Source of the DNA: an uncultured virus (IMG/VR IMGVR_UViG_3300009159_007116)
Lineage: Duplodnaviria; Heunggongvirae; Uroviricota; Caudoviricetes
IMG/VR virus record: IMGVR_UViG_3300009159_007116
Location: 1-64,000 of that record
Reading direction: 5' to 3' (one strand)
DNA: 64,000 nucleotides
Shown here: positions 42,537 through 52,392 of the stretch, piece after piece
Numbering within the stretch: position 1 is the stretch's first letter
How the letters are laid out: each line of letters starts with the position of its first letter
Notes under the pieces: generated by a model
Databases searched by the model: none
The model's input: the letters and a program-made list of their open reading frames with translations, nothing else
Told to the model about the DNA's origin: nothing
Program-made: the position numbers and the translations under genes

Positions 42537-43993
42537 TAGATGTTGGTGCAGAAAGGGTAGTCTTAGCTGGACTTTTTCAGAAAGGCTATGACTGTTTTAT
42601 TGAAGTTGCAGATATTATCGATGAAAACTGTTTTTCTAGCGATGATAATGCTGCTATATTCAAATGTTTCTCAAAAATTATTACTGATAAGAATTCAAGA
42701 GTAGATATACCAACAGTTATTTCTACTGCTGAATCTTTAAACTTATCACAATTCTTTAAGACATCAGAACAAGCAAAGTATTTAAGATCATTAACTAGCT
42801 TTCCAGTTGAGTTAGTCAATGCCAGAAAAAGTGCAGCAAAACTTAAGAAGTTGAGTATTGCTAAAAACCTATCTTTAAATCTAATTAATGGTGCAAATAC
42901 ACTTGAAAATGTTACTGGTGATGAGCCTATAAGTCATATTATTTCTATTGCGGAATCATGTGTTTTGGATGCAACATTTAAGATTTCAAACTCCGAAGAC
43001 CCAAATCCCAAGTTAATGAGCGATGGCATAGAAGAGTATGTTGAATATTTAGAGTCAAACCCAATTTCACAGTTGGGTATTTCGTCTGGATTCAAAGCAT
43101 ATGATATGGCTATTGGTGGTGGGTTTAGGCCAGGAACAGTGAATCTTATTGGTGCTAGAATGAAAACTGGCAAAAGCTTTTTTGCTGATAATGTTGGTAT
43201 TAGCGTATCATCAAACAATATTCCAGTTTTGATGCTTGATACAGAAATGACAGAGAAAGATCATTGGCATAGAATATTGGCTTGTATGTCTGGAGTTAAA
43301 ATAGAAGAAATTGAAAGTGGTTTGTTTTCAAAAGATGTTTCAAAAAGAAATAGCGTTAAAAAAGCTATTGAAAAAATTAAACTAATGCCATTTCAATACA
43401 AGTCTATTGCAGGAAAAAGCTTTGATGAAGTTATAAGTATGGCTAGAAGATGGGTAATTAAAGATGTTGGGCTTGATGATTCTGGAAAAGCAAATCCATG
43501 TTTAATTATATATGACTATATAAAGCTAATGGATGATTCTGGCATTGGTAAAAATATGGCAGAATATCAAGCTCTTGGCTTTTTAATGACAAATCTACAT
43601 AACTTTATGGTTCAATATAATGCTTCATGTTTAGCATTTACTCAGCTAAATAGGGATGGCATTAATCGTGAAGATACTGATGTAGCATCTGGTTCTGATA
43701 GAATACTTTGGCTATGTTCTAACTTTTCAATCTACAAGAGGAAAAGTGAAGAAGAAATGGCAGATGAAGGATTTTCTCAGGATAAGATTAGATATAACTT
43801 AAAATTAGTTCCTGTTGTTGCAAGACATGGCAAAGGAATGGATCAGGGTGATTATATAAACATATTTGCCAATTATGAATTTGGAAAAATAGAAGAAGGT
43901 CCAACTAGAAGTCAAATTTTTAAATCTCAGTCTACAAGACAGAATAATGGTTTTGTAGTGGAAGGATTACCAGATGAAATCGAAGTCAACTGA
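42533..43993 (+). CDS. dnaB: DnaB-like replicative helicase
   Basis: GARMKTGKS, LDTEM, IYDYIKLM, TQLNR. Confidence 0.9.
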   Translation: MIDVGAERVVLAGLFQKGYDCFIEVADIIDENCFSSDDNAAIFKCFSKIITDKNSRVDIPTVISTAESLNLSQFFKTSEQAKYLRSLTSFPVELVNARKSAAKLKKLSIAKNLSLNLINGANTLENVTGDEPISHIISIAESCVLDATFKISNSEDPNPKLMSDGIEEYVEYLESNPISQLGISSGFKAYDMAIGGGFRPGTVNLIGARMKTGKSFFADNVGISVSSNNIPVLMLDTEMTEKDHWHRILACMSGVKIEEIESGLFSKDVSKRNSVKKAIEKIKLMPFQYKSIAGKSFDEVISMARRWVIKDVGLDDSGKANPCLIIYDYIKLMDDSGIGKNMAEYQALGFLMTNLHNFMVQYNASCLAFTQLNRDGINREDTDVASGSDRILWLCSNFSIYKRKSEEEMADEGFSQDKIRYNLKLVPVVARHGKGMDQGDYINIFANYEFGKIEEGPTRSQIFKSQSTRQNNGFVVEGLPDEIEVN

Positions 43994-45101
43994 AATAACT
44001 AAGAACGAATATTTAAATGCTGTAATATGCGATAAAATAGAATTTCTTATGGACTATTTTAATATTCAATATAAAAATGTTTCTGATTCAATAGTTTGTG
44101 CATGTCCAGTTCATGGTGGGGATAATAGGACAGCAGTAAATCTTTTTATGTCTGGACATACAAGAGTTGGTAATTGGGTTTGTTATACACATCATTGCGA
44201 AAACACATTTATAAATACATCTATAGGTTTTTTCCGTGGAGTGATGAGCAATAAAAAATATGGTTGGTCAAAAGCTGGAGATAGAACAGTTAGTTTTTCA
44301 GACACAATTGCTTCTCTTTGCGGTTTATTGAAAATAGATCTTTCAAGCATAAAAGATGATGTTCCTTCTCATGCTTTTGATAAACATGCACATTTATTTA
44401 CAACTGTTAAAAAACAAAAAGAATTTTTATATACTAAAAAAGTTGTAAGAGAAAAGCTTGATATACCATCAAAATACTTTGTTTCTAGAGGTTATTCTGC
44501 AAATATATTGGATATGTATGATATTGGAGAATCAAAATCAGATAATAGGTTTTTTAGAAAAAGGGCAGTAGTTCCAGTATATGATTCAGACAATAAAACA
44601 ATTGTAGGTTTTACTGGAAGAACTATACTTGATAAGTGCAGCAAGTGCAGTAACTATCATGAAAATGAAAGCTGCGATCCACAAAACGCTATTAGCAAAT
44701 GGATTCACAATAAGGGATTCTCAAAAAAGAATTATCTTTATAACTTTGGAAACGCTAAAGATGAGATTAAAAAAACTGGAATAGTTATATTGGTTGAAGG
44801 TCCAGCAGATGTTTGGAAATTTGTTGAGAACGGAATACACAATGTTGTTGCTGTTTTTGGTTCTTCGCTTACAGATACACAACAGGTTTTGCTAGAATCT
44901 TCTGGTGCTACTACATTAATATTGCTTTTTGACTCAGATAAAGCTGGCAATAGTGCTTCAAATAAATTAAATTCATCTCTTTCCAGAATGTTTAAAATAG
45001 TGTGTCCATCTTTGCCAGATGGTATTAAAGATCCAGGTGATCTTAATAATGAGCAAATAAACAGCATGATTAAGCCTCTGATTGAAAGGAACTCGCATTA
45101 A
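43974..45101 (+). CDS. dnaG: DnaG-like DNA primase
   Basis: CPVH...C..HC zinc finger, GFTGR, TOPRIM VEGPAD and FDSDKAG. Confidence 0.88.
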   Translation: MKSKSTEITKNEYLNAVICDKIEFLMDYFNIQYKNVSDSIVCACPVHGGDNRTAVNLFMSGHTRVGNWVCYTHHCENTFINTSIGFFRGVMSNKKYGWSKAGDRTVSFSDTIASLCGLLKIDLSSIKDDVPSHAFDKHAHLFTTVKKQKEFLYTKKVVREKLDIPSKYFVSRGYSANILDMYDIGESKSDNRFFRKRAVVPVYDSDNKTIVGFTGRTILDKCSKCSNYHENESCDPQNAISKWIHNKGFSKKNYLYNFGNAKDEIKKTGIVILVEGPADVWKFVENGIHNVVAVFGSSLTDTQQVLLESSGATTLILLFDSDKAGNSASNKLNSSLSRMFKIVCPSLPDGIKDPGDLNNEQINSMIKPLIERNSH

Positions 45102-45754
45102 TGACAATTCAAAGATTGATAGGGTTTTCTGGAAGAAAGGGTTCTGGTAAAGATACTTTAGCTGGATTTCTTTCCTTTAATTCTCTAGAACTTTTTGGTT
45201 GTGATTCATGTATATTTTCCTTTGCTCAAACAATGAAATCAGTAGCAATAAACTTTTTTGGATTAAAGCACAAACAGGTTTTTGGATCTTTAGAGGATAA
45301 AAACTCACTCACAAGTTATTTATGGGAAGATTTGCCTCATTACAGCGAAATAAAATCTAGTCGTTTAAATCCACCAATAGGGCAAATGACAGCTAGAGAG
45401 TTTCTACAAGAGTTTGGAACTGGAATAGCTAGAAAAATGAATAAATCAATTCACATTAATGCTTGTTTTAATATGATAAGTAAAGAAAACTGTTTATTGA
45501 ATTTTATTACTGATGCAAGGTTTGAAAACGAAATTGATAGCATTAAAGATGCTGGTGGCATAGTTATTAGACTAACAAGAAGCACTGATAATGATAGCCA
45601 TATAAGTGAAGTTGAACTAGATAAATGCACAAACAAATTTGACATTATTTTAAACAATCAAAATATGTCTAAAGAAGAACAGCAATTTGAACTCATTAGA
45701 AAACTAAAACAAATAAACTGGATTAAAAATGATCATAACTTATCTAAGGTCTAG
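45101..45754 (+). CDS. deoxynucleoside monophosphate kinase
   Basis: GRKGSGKDT, REFLQEFGT, ITDARFENE, HISE. Confidence 0.85.
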   Translation: MTIQRLIGFSGRKGSGKDTLAGFLSFNSLELFGCDSCIFSFAQTMKSVAINFFGLKHKQVFGSLEDKNSLTSYLWEDLPHYSEIKSSRLNPPIGQMTAREFLQEFGTGIARKMNKSIHINACFNMISKENCLLNFITDARFENEIDSIKDAGGIVIRLTRSTDNDSHISEVELDKCTNKFDIILNNQNMSKEEQQFELIRKLKQINWIKNDHNLSKV

Positions 45755-46760
45755 TTCTGTAAGCTCCTATGCTTGGTGTCAACATAAATACTGGTTAACT
45801 TATAACTTAGGCTTTCAAGATGATTCCAACAAAAAAGCTGAAAAAGGCAATGTTGTTCATAAAGCATTAGAATTGTTGGCAAATAAAAAGCTTTGTCTAC
45901 AAAATGAAACATCTACATTTACAGATAATGAATTAAAACAAACTTTTTCTACAATAGACATTTCTCCAGAAAGTGCTATATTGTCTGCTTTTGATCATTA
46001 TAAAAATAAAAGCATTCATGAGTGGGATGATAAAGATTTAAAAGAATGCTCTAAATGGACTTGGGATACACTATTATTTAATAATGGAATGTTTTCACCT
46101 TTATCTAGAAAGATTGAGCAACCAGAGCAATATTTTGATATAGAAATTGAAGAACCTTGGGCTAAGTACGAATACTATTTAGACGATGGTACTGTTATGT
46201 CTGGAAATCTTAGAATAAAAGGAACGATGGATTTAATAACTAGAATAGATAAAAAAACTATAGAGTACATAGACTGGAAAACAGGAGAAAGAAAAAACTG
46301 GGCAACTGGAAAAGAAAAAAACTACGATGATTTTTATAAAGATTTTCAATTAAGGCTTTATCATTATGCATTAAACAAACTTTATCCAGACGAAGAAAAC
46401 ATAATTATTACTATTTTTTTTAATAAGTCTGGTGGTCCTTTTACATTGTGTTTTCATAAAGAAGATATAAAAACAACAATTGAAATGATTAGGTATGAAT
46501 TTGAAAAAATAAAGTCTTGCCATTTTCCATCAAGAATTATAGATTATGGTAAGGATAAGTGGAAATGTGAGAAGCTTTGTAGATTTTATAAAGAAAAATA
46601 TGAAGACACAGAAAAATCAATATGTGACTTTATGAATAAAGAACTTATACAATTGGGCATGAATGTTGCGTATACTAAATATGCCAATAAAAAAACAGTT
46701 GTTTCTTATGGCGATGGTGGCGGTCAATCTAACAGGGAGAATAATGATGTCAAAAAGTAA
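45729..46760 (+). CDS. Cas4/RecB-like PD-(D/E)XK exonuclease with probable Fe-S cysteines
   Basis: SS...WC, GNVVH, GTMD, IDWKTG, QLRLY, C-terminal C..C...C. Confidence 0.82.
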   Translation: MIITYLRSSSVSSYAWCQHKYWLTYNLGFQDDSNKKAEKGNVVHKALELLANKKLCLQNETSTFTDNELKQTFSTIDISPESAILSAFDHYKNKSIHEWDDKDLKECSKWTWDTLLFNNGMFSPLSRKIEQPEQYFDIEIEEPWAKYEYYLDDGTVMSGNLRIKGTMDLITRIDKKTIEYIDWKTGERKNWATGKEKNYDDFYKDFQLRLYHYALNKLYPDEENIIITIFFNKSGGPFTLCFHKEDIKTTIEMIRYEFEKIKSCHFPSRIIDYGKDKWKCEKLCRFYKEKYEDTEKSICDFMNKELIQLGMNVAYTKYANKKTVVSYGDGGGQSNRENNDVKK

Positions 46761-47511
46761 AAAGTGGATAGAAGCTATTTTTGAAAAATCAATGCAAACA
46801 TCAACTTCTACAACATTTAGTCCAGAAGAATCTCCTACAGATCAAGACTACCCAAATTATTCTGATGAAGAAACAGAAATCTGCTTAAAGACATTGGACT
46901 ATATTCCAAAGTATAATGGCGAAAAGGTTCTTGTTTTTAAAAAAGAATTGTTAACTGAAGAATTATCGTTTCAAGGAATGTTAACTGGAGAAAAATCTTC
47001 TAAAATTAAAAATAAAATTCTTGTTCCAGAAAACTTATTCTATATAGACAGAGATATTGCAGAAAATGACTTAAACTATAAACAAGTAATTCCTTATTGT
47101 ATTTTTACAAAAAACGATCAGCTATTTGTCTATCAAAGATCAAAACATGGTTCTGAAAATAGGCTTCATGATCTATGGTCTGTTGGTGTTGGTGGTCATG
47201 TTAATCCTTGCGATGGAAATAACATTGAAACAATAGGTAATGCTTGCAAAAGAGAGATAGAAGAAGAAGTTCAATTTTCAGATCCTCATTCTGTAAGATT
47301 GGTTGGTGTTATAAATGACGATTCGTCTACAGTTAACGCTGTTCATTTTGGCGTTGTTTTTCATGTTCACTTAAAAGACGGAACTTCGCTTAATCCAATT
47401 GATAAAGCTCTTGCAAATGGCGAATTCAAACATACAAAAACAACGGTAATATCAGATATAAACTGGGAAGATTGGTCAGTACATGTAATTAGGAACTACT
47501 TAAGAAATTAA
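46744..47511 (+). CDS. NUDIX-family phosphoesterase (COG4112-like)
   Basis: KQVIPY, E.RLH..WSVGVGGHVN, REIEEE, VHFG. Confidence 0.82.
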   Translation: MMSKSKKWIEAIFEKSMQTSTSTTFSPEESPTDQDYPNYSDEETEICLKTLDYIPKYNGEKVLVFKKELLTEELSFQGMLTGEKSSKIKNKILVPENLFYIDRDIAENDLNYKQVIPYCIFTKNDQLFVYQRSKHGSENRLHDLWSVGVGGHVNPCDGNNIETIGNACKREIEEEVQFSDPHSVRLVGVINDDSSTVNAVHFGVVFHVHLKDGTSLNPIDKALANGEFKHTKTTVISDINWEDWSVHVIRNYLRN

Positions 47512-47539
47512 TTAATTGAAAAAAATTTAAGGATTGAAT

Positions 47540-49456
47540 ATGAATTGGATACCATTGCATTGTCATACCCATTATAGCCTATTAGACGGATTAAGTAAGC
47601 CAGATCTTTTAGCAAAAAGATGCAAAGAACTTGGATATACTTCATGTGCCATAACTGATCATGGAACTATATCTGGTGCTATTTCTTTTTCTAAAGCTTG
47701 TATTTCACAAGGTATAAAACCAATCATTGGTTGTGAATTTTATATTTGTAAGAATATAGCAACAGAACATAATAAAGAAAACTCAAGCTTAACTCACCTG
47801 TGTGTCATTGCTAAAAATCTAAACGGCTGGAAAAACTTAATTAATTTGTCTTCTTTAGCCAATTCCTTGGATTATTTTTATTATAAACCAAGATTAAACT
47901 TAAATGATTTTAAAGGACTGTGCAGTGATTTAATTGCATTTTCTGGTCATCCAGGAACAGACTTGGCTAACTCTTTATTTGAAGATCATAAAGAAGCTTA
48001 TAAAAGAACTGATTATGATGAAATAAAGGAAATGCTCAAACCTAACTGGTTAAATGAAGCCGGAAATATTTGTGCAAAATATATTGAGATATTTGGGCCA
48101 GACAATTTTTTTGTAGAAATACAATTATTTGATAGCTGTAACTTAGTTGCATCAAAGGTTATTGCTGAATGCATGAGAGAACTTTGTGCCAAAACTGGTA
48201 TTAAAAAAATAGCAACTCCAGATGTTCATTATGTTATGCCAGAAGATGCTCCTGATCAAAGAGTTTTATTGTGTTCTTCAATGGAAACAACTCTAAAGAA
48301 TGTAAATAGCAAATTAGAAAATAACGAAGAATTTGGGCTTTCTGTATTTTTTAAATCAAACAAATACTATCTTCCAACAATTGAAGAAATATCTAGCTTT
48401 CATGAAGAAGACGAAATAAGCAATTGTTGTTTAATTGATAGTTTATGTGAAAACTATTCACTTATAAAACAACCAGCTATACCAAACTTTGCTTGTCCAG
48501 ATGGTCTGTCTCAGATCCTTTATTTGAGGAAGTTATGCAGAAATGGGTGGAATAGGCGTTTCTCTGCAATAAAGCCAAAAACAGATGAATATAAGCTATA
48601 TACAGAACGAATAAAGCATGAACTTGAAGTTATAGATACTTCTGGTTTGGCTGGATACTTTTTGATTGTACAAGACTACTGCAATTGGGCAAAGTCAAAG
48701 GGTTGGATTATGGGTAGAGGTAGGGGTTCTGGTGCTGGATGCATGATATCCTATCTTTTGGGCATAACAGAAGTAGATCCTATTAAACACTCTCTTATAT
48801 TTGAAAGATTCTATAACGCAGGAAGAAACTCTGCTGGTCGTATAAGCTTGCCAGATATTGACTGTGACTTTCCAATTACAAAGCGTGATAAGGTAATAGA
48901 ATATATAAAGCAAAAGTATGGAAGCAGCAATGTTTGTCAAATGATAACATTTAGTCGTATGCAGGGTCGTGGATCATTAAAAGATGTTCTTAGGGTTCAT
49001 GGTTTTTCTTTTGAGGAAAGCAACAATGTAACTAAGTACATTCCAGATGAATCGGAGATATCTGAACAGTTACAAGATATGAAAGACGAAGATGGAGATT
49101 CTTCAATTATAAGGTGGGCGTTAGAGAATATTCCTGATAGATTATCTGAGTATTGTAAGATTGAAAAGGATGGCACTTACTCTGGAAGATTAGCAAAGGA
49201 ATTTGCACAGGCAATAAGATTAGAAGGAACAAAAAGAAGTCAGGGTAAACATGCTGCTGGTATAGTTATTAGTAATATTCCTTTATCAGAAGTATGCCCA
49301 ATGACATTCGATAAAAAGACAAAGCAGATGATAGCTGGTATGGAAATGTCAGACTTAGAGTCAATTGGAATGGTTAAGTTTGATATACTTGGAGTTGCAG
49401 TTTTAGATAAAATAATGGGTTGTATAAATATTTTAAAGGGGAAACCAAATGAATGA
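47540..49456 (+). CDS. dnaE: DNA polymerase III alpha, N-terminal half (PHP and palm)
   Basis: HCHTHYSLLDG, ITDHG, GRGSGAG, FERF, PDIDCD, HAAG, KFDILG. Confidence 0.92.
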   Translation: MNWIPLHCHTHYSLLDGLSKPDLLAKRCKELGYTSCAITDHGTISGAISFSKACISQGIKPIIGCEFYICKNIATEHNKENSSLTHLCVIAKNLNGWKNLINLSSLANSLDYFYYKPRLNLNDFKGLCSDLIAFSGHPGTDLANSLFEDHKEAYKRTDYDEIKEMLKPNWLNEAGNICAKYIEIFGPDNFFVEIQLFDSCNLVASKVIAECMRELCAKTGIKKIATPDVHYVMPEDAPDQRVLLCSSMETTLKNVNSKLENNEEFGLSVFFKSNKYYLPTIEEISSFHEEDEISNCCLIDSLCENYSLIKQPAIPNFACPDGLSQILYLRKLCRNGWNRRFSAIKPKTDEYKLYTERIKHELEVIDTSGLAGYFLIVQDYCNWAKSKGWIMGRGRGSGAGCMISYLLGITEVDPIKHSLIFERFYNAGRNSAGRISLPDIDCDFPITKRDKVIEYIKQKYGSSNVCQMITFSRMQGRGSLKDVLRVHGFSFEESNNVTKYIPDESEISEQLQDMKDEDGDSSIIRWALENIPDRLSEYCKIEKDGTYSGRLAKEFAQAIRLEGTKRSQGKHAAGIVISNIPLSEVCPMTFDKKTKQMIAGMEMSDLESIGMVKFDILGVAVLDKIMGCINILKGKPNE

Positions 49457-49730
49457 CAACTCTCTTGAAATATCTATAATAAGCAAGTTGGTAGTTCAGC
49501 AAACAGCTTTATTGGATGCTTTATCTGATTGCTCTTCCTTAAAGAAGGATCTTGTTAAACAAGCTAATAAGCTATTAAAAGCAATAACAATTCAAAATGG
49601 AGGTATGTTGATTATAGAAAAAGATTTTTTAGATTCAGCAGAAGATGCAGAAGTTGAACTTAAAATACAGCAAAATGATGACGGATCAATAGAACTAACT
49701 ATTAAAGGAGAAGAAGACGATGAAGAGTAA
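49449..49730 (+). CDS. hypothetical protein
   Basis: 93-aa ORF between the DnaE halves. Confidence 0.7.
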   Translation: MNDNSLEISIISKLVVQQTALLDALSDCSSLKKDLVKQANKLLKAITIQNGGMLIIEKDFLDSAEDAEVELKIQQNDDGSIELTIKGEEDDEE

Positions 49731-50358
49731 TACGATTATTGTTTTTGATTTTGAAACAGGATCTTTAGATACAAATACTTGTGAAGTTATTCAAATTGCT
49801 GCAAAAGCAATAAATAGAAAAACTCTTCAGCCGATAGAAGGTGCAGTATTTAATAGTCTTGTAAAGCCTAGAGACTTTGGAAATTTACAAGAAGCAGCAC
49901 TAGCAGTAAACAAAAAGACAAGAGAAGAACTTCAGCTTGCACCTAATCTTGATGTTGTTTGGAGTAGATTTATTGATTTTATATCTACTTTTGCAGTTGG
50001 TAAAAGCAACATACTAGCTCCTGTTCCAGCAGGGAAAAACATTAGATTTTTTGACATGCCAATATTTCAAAGAGTTTGTGTTGAATTAGGATATGTTCAG
50101 CCAAATAGCACACAGTCTTTCTTTAATAAAAGAAGCATGTTTGATTTAGATGAAATGATGTTGCTTTGGTTTGAAAATTCAGATGATATGCCTAATATGA
50201 AAATGGATACTATTAGAGATCATTTTGGAATGTCAAAAGCTAATGCTCATGATGCACTAGTTGATGTTGAGCAAACAGCAGATCTAATTACCTACTTCTT
50301 AAAACTACACAGATCAATATACCCAAAGGTTAAATTTAAAGACTCATTTAAGAAATAA
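49720..50358 (+). CDS. DEDDh 3'-5' exonuclease (DnaQ-like)
   Basis: FDFETG, N..FD, HDALVD. Confidence 0.88.
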   Translation: MKSNTIIVFDFETGSLDTNTCEVIQIAAKAINRKTLQPIEGAVFNSLVKPRDFGNLQEAALAVNKKTREELQLAPNLDVVWSRFIDFISTFAVGKSNILAPVPAGKNIRFFDMPIFQRVCVELGYVQPNSTQSFFNKRSMFDLDEMMLLWFENSDDMPNMKMDTIRDHFGMSKANAHDALVDVEQTADLITYFLKLHRSIYPKVKFKDSFKK

Positions 50359-50362
50359 TAAT

Positions 50363-51988
50363 ATGACAAAAACATACAAATTTTCATGCGGTTGTAGTTT
50401 TCCAATAATTGGAGATCCTTTAACCGAAAATTCTTTGCCTTTAATGGAAGTAGATCCAACCAATCTTCCTTCTTGCGATATTGCTTGGGATATATTCGCT
50501 AGAGGCGACACAAAAGGAATTTTTCAATTAGAATCAGATCTTGGAAAACAGTGGTCTAAGAAACTAAGGCCAAAAACTGTTGATCATTTAACTGCTTTAG
50601 GTGCTCTTATTAGGCCAGGAGCTTTGCGTTCTGTGGATGATAAGGGCGTTAGTATGACAGCACATTATTGCCGTATTGTAAACGGAGAAGAAGAGGTTTC
50701 ATCCTACCATCCTATTGTTGATGATGCACTTAAATCAACTTATGGGTCACTTGTTTTTCAAGAGCAAGCAATGGAGCTTTCTAGGGTTATCGCTGGATTT
50801 ACTTTGCAAGAGGCAGATATGCTTCGTAAAGCAATGGGAAAGAAATCATCTAGCGAAATGGCAAAATGTAAGAAGATGTTTATTGAGGGTGCTAAAAAAA
50901 TAGAAGTAGTCTCAGAAGATCAAGCTGAAGAAATATTTGGATGGATTGAACAGAGTCAAAAATATTCCTTCAATCGCAGTCACAGTTGCTGCTATGGCTT
51001 AATTGGATATGATACAGCATATTTAAAGAGTCATTTTCCAGTTCAATTCTTTACTAGCTGGCTTTATTTTGCAAAAGACAAAGCAGATAGTCAGCTTGAA
51101 ATATCTGATTTAATTGAAGATGCAAAAAAATTCAATATAACTGTTCAATCTCCAGACATAATGATGCTAAATAGCAATTTTTATACTGACGGAATATCAA
51201 TTTGGTTTGGTATTACTGATGTAAAAGGAATTGGACAATCGCAATTTGAAAAAATCAAACTAGCTATAAATAATTACGGCAAAAGTATAGATTCTTGGGA
51301 AGAATTTGTTGTTAAATGTTCTGATGAAATGCCAAAATCAAGTATTGAAAAACTAATTGCTGTAAATGCTTTAAGAAAATTTGGCAGCAAAAGGAAAGTG
51401 CTTCTTGCCGAATTTAATGCTTGGTCTGAATTAACAGACAAAGAAAAAGAATGGATAAAGGCTAATGCTGAAATTACTAATATACCAGATATGATTTTAA
51501 ACTCAGCAAAGACAAAAAAAGAAGGCGGTTGTTGTTCATCAGTTAAAAGGGTTGAAGTTTTAAAAAGCATAGCCTCTATGATTAAAAATCCACCATCTCC
51601 ATTAATAGATATTCCAAGTTGGGTTTGTTGGATTGAAAAAGATTCTTTAGGTATTTCTTTAACATATAATGCTACAGACTCTTGCGATACAAGTAGTTCT
51701 AACACTACATGCAAAGAATACTTAGATGGAAAGAATGGTTATATGGTCTTTGGTGTTGAAGTAAGAAGGTCTAAAGAAGTGCTTACAAAGGCTGGAAAAA
51801 CACCAGGATCTAGAATGGCATTTTTATCAATATCTGATGCTACTGGAAAAATAGATGATGTCATTTGTTTTCCAAACTCGTACAAAGATTTTGCTTCTTT
51901 GTTAAAAGAGGGTAATACAGTCTTGATTCAAGGTGAACGAGACAAAAAAAGTGACTCTCTTTTAGTTAAAACTGTTGTTCAAATTTAG
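50363..51988 (+). CDS. dnaE: DNA polymerase III alpha, C-terminal half (fingers, HhH, OB)
   Basis: GIFQLES, ALIRPG, FQEQ, LRKAMGKK, YSFNRSH, VKGIG, MAFL.I.D. Confidence 0.92.
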   Translation: MTKTYKFSCGCSFPIIGDPLTENSLPLMEVDPTNLPSCDIAWDIFARGDTKGIFQLESDLGKQWSKKLRPKTVDHLTALGALIRPGALRSVDDKGVSMTAHYCRIVNGEEEVSSYHPIVDDALKSTYGSLVFQEQAMELSRVIAGFTLQEADMLRKAMGKKSSSEMAKCKKMFIEGAKKIEVVSEDQAEEIFGWIEQSQKYSFNRSHSCCYGLIGYDTAYLKSHFPVQFFTSWLYFAKDKADSQLEISDLIEDAKKFNITVQSPDIMMLNSNFYTDGISIWFGITDVKGIGQSQFEKIKLAINNYGKSIDSWEEFVVKCSDEMPKSSIEKLIAVNALRKFGSKRKVLLAEFNAWSELTDKEKEWIKANAEITNIPDMILNSAKTKKEGGCCSSVKRVEVLKSIASMIKNPPSPLIDIPSWVCWIEKDSLGISLTYNATDSCDTSSSNTTCKEYLDGKNGYMVFGVEVRRSKEVLTKAGKTPGSRMAFLSISDATGKIDDVICFPNSYKDFASLLKEGNTVLIQGERDKKSDSLLVKTVVQI

Positions 51989-51997
51989 GAGATAGAA

Positions 51998-52384
51998 ATG
52001 AATATTTGTTCTTTCCTTGGTAAGCTAACTAGAGAACCAGAACTTATAAAATTAAACAATGGAAAATCTGTTGTTAACTTTTGTATTTCGGTTAGAAATC
52101 CATCTAAGAATCAAGAAAAACCAGAAATGACTTTTATTGATTGTGTTGCTTGGGAAAAAACTGCTGATTTGATTGGGAAGTATTTTAAAAAAGGTTCTAG
52201 AATTTTAGTGCATACTTCTGCCAAAACAGAAAGTTGGGTAGATAAAGAAAATGGCAAAAATAGGCATAAAATTAAATTCATAGTTCAAAAATTTTGGTAT
52301 GTAGATCAGAAAGCAAACGATGAAGAAGAACAACATTCAGAAGTATTTGCAGAAGAAGAAGATTTTGGCAATCAAATACTATAG
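51998..52384 (+). CDS. ssb: single-stranded DNA-binding protein
   Basis: GKLTREPEL, FIDCVAWEKTA, KGS, acidic tail. Confidence 0.9.
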   Translation: MNICSFLGKLTREPELIKLNNGKSVVNFCISVRNPSKNQEKPEMTFIDCVAWEKTADLIGKYFKKGSRILVHTSAKTESWVDKENGKNRHKIKFIVQKFWYVDQKANDEEEQHSEVFAEEEDFGNQIL

Positions 52385-52392
52385 GAATTAAA

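Noticed and set aside
45729..46760. Cas4-like nuclease as evidence of CRISPR-Cas
   Set aside because: No array or other cas genes; stand-alone Cas4-like exonucleases are common in phage replication modules.
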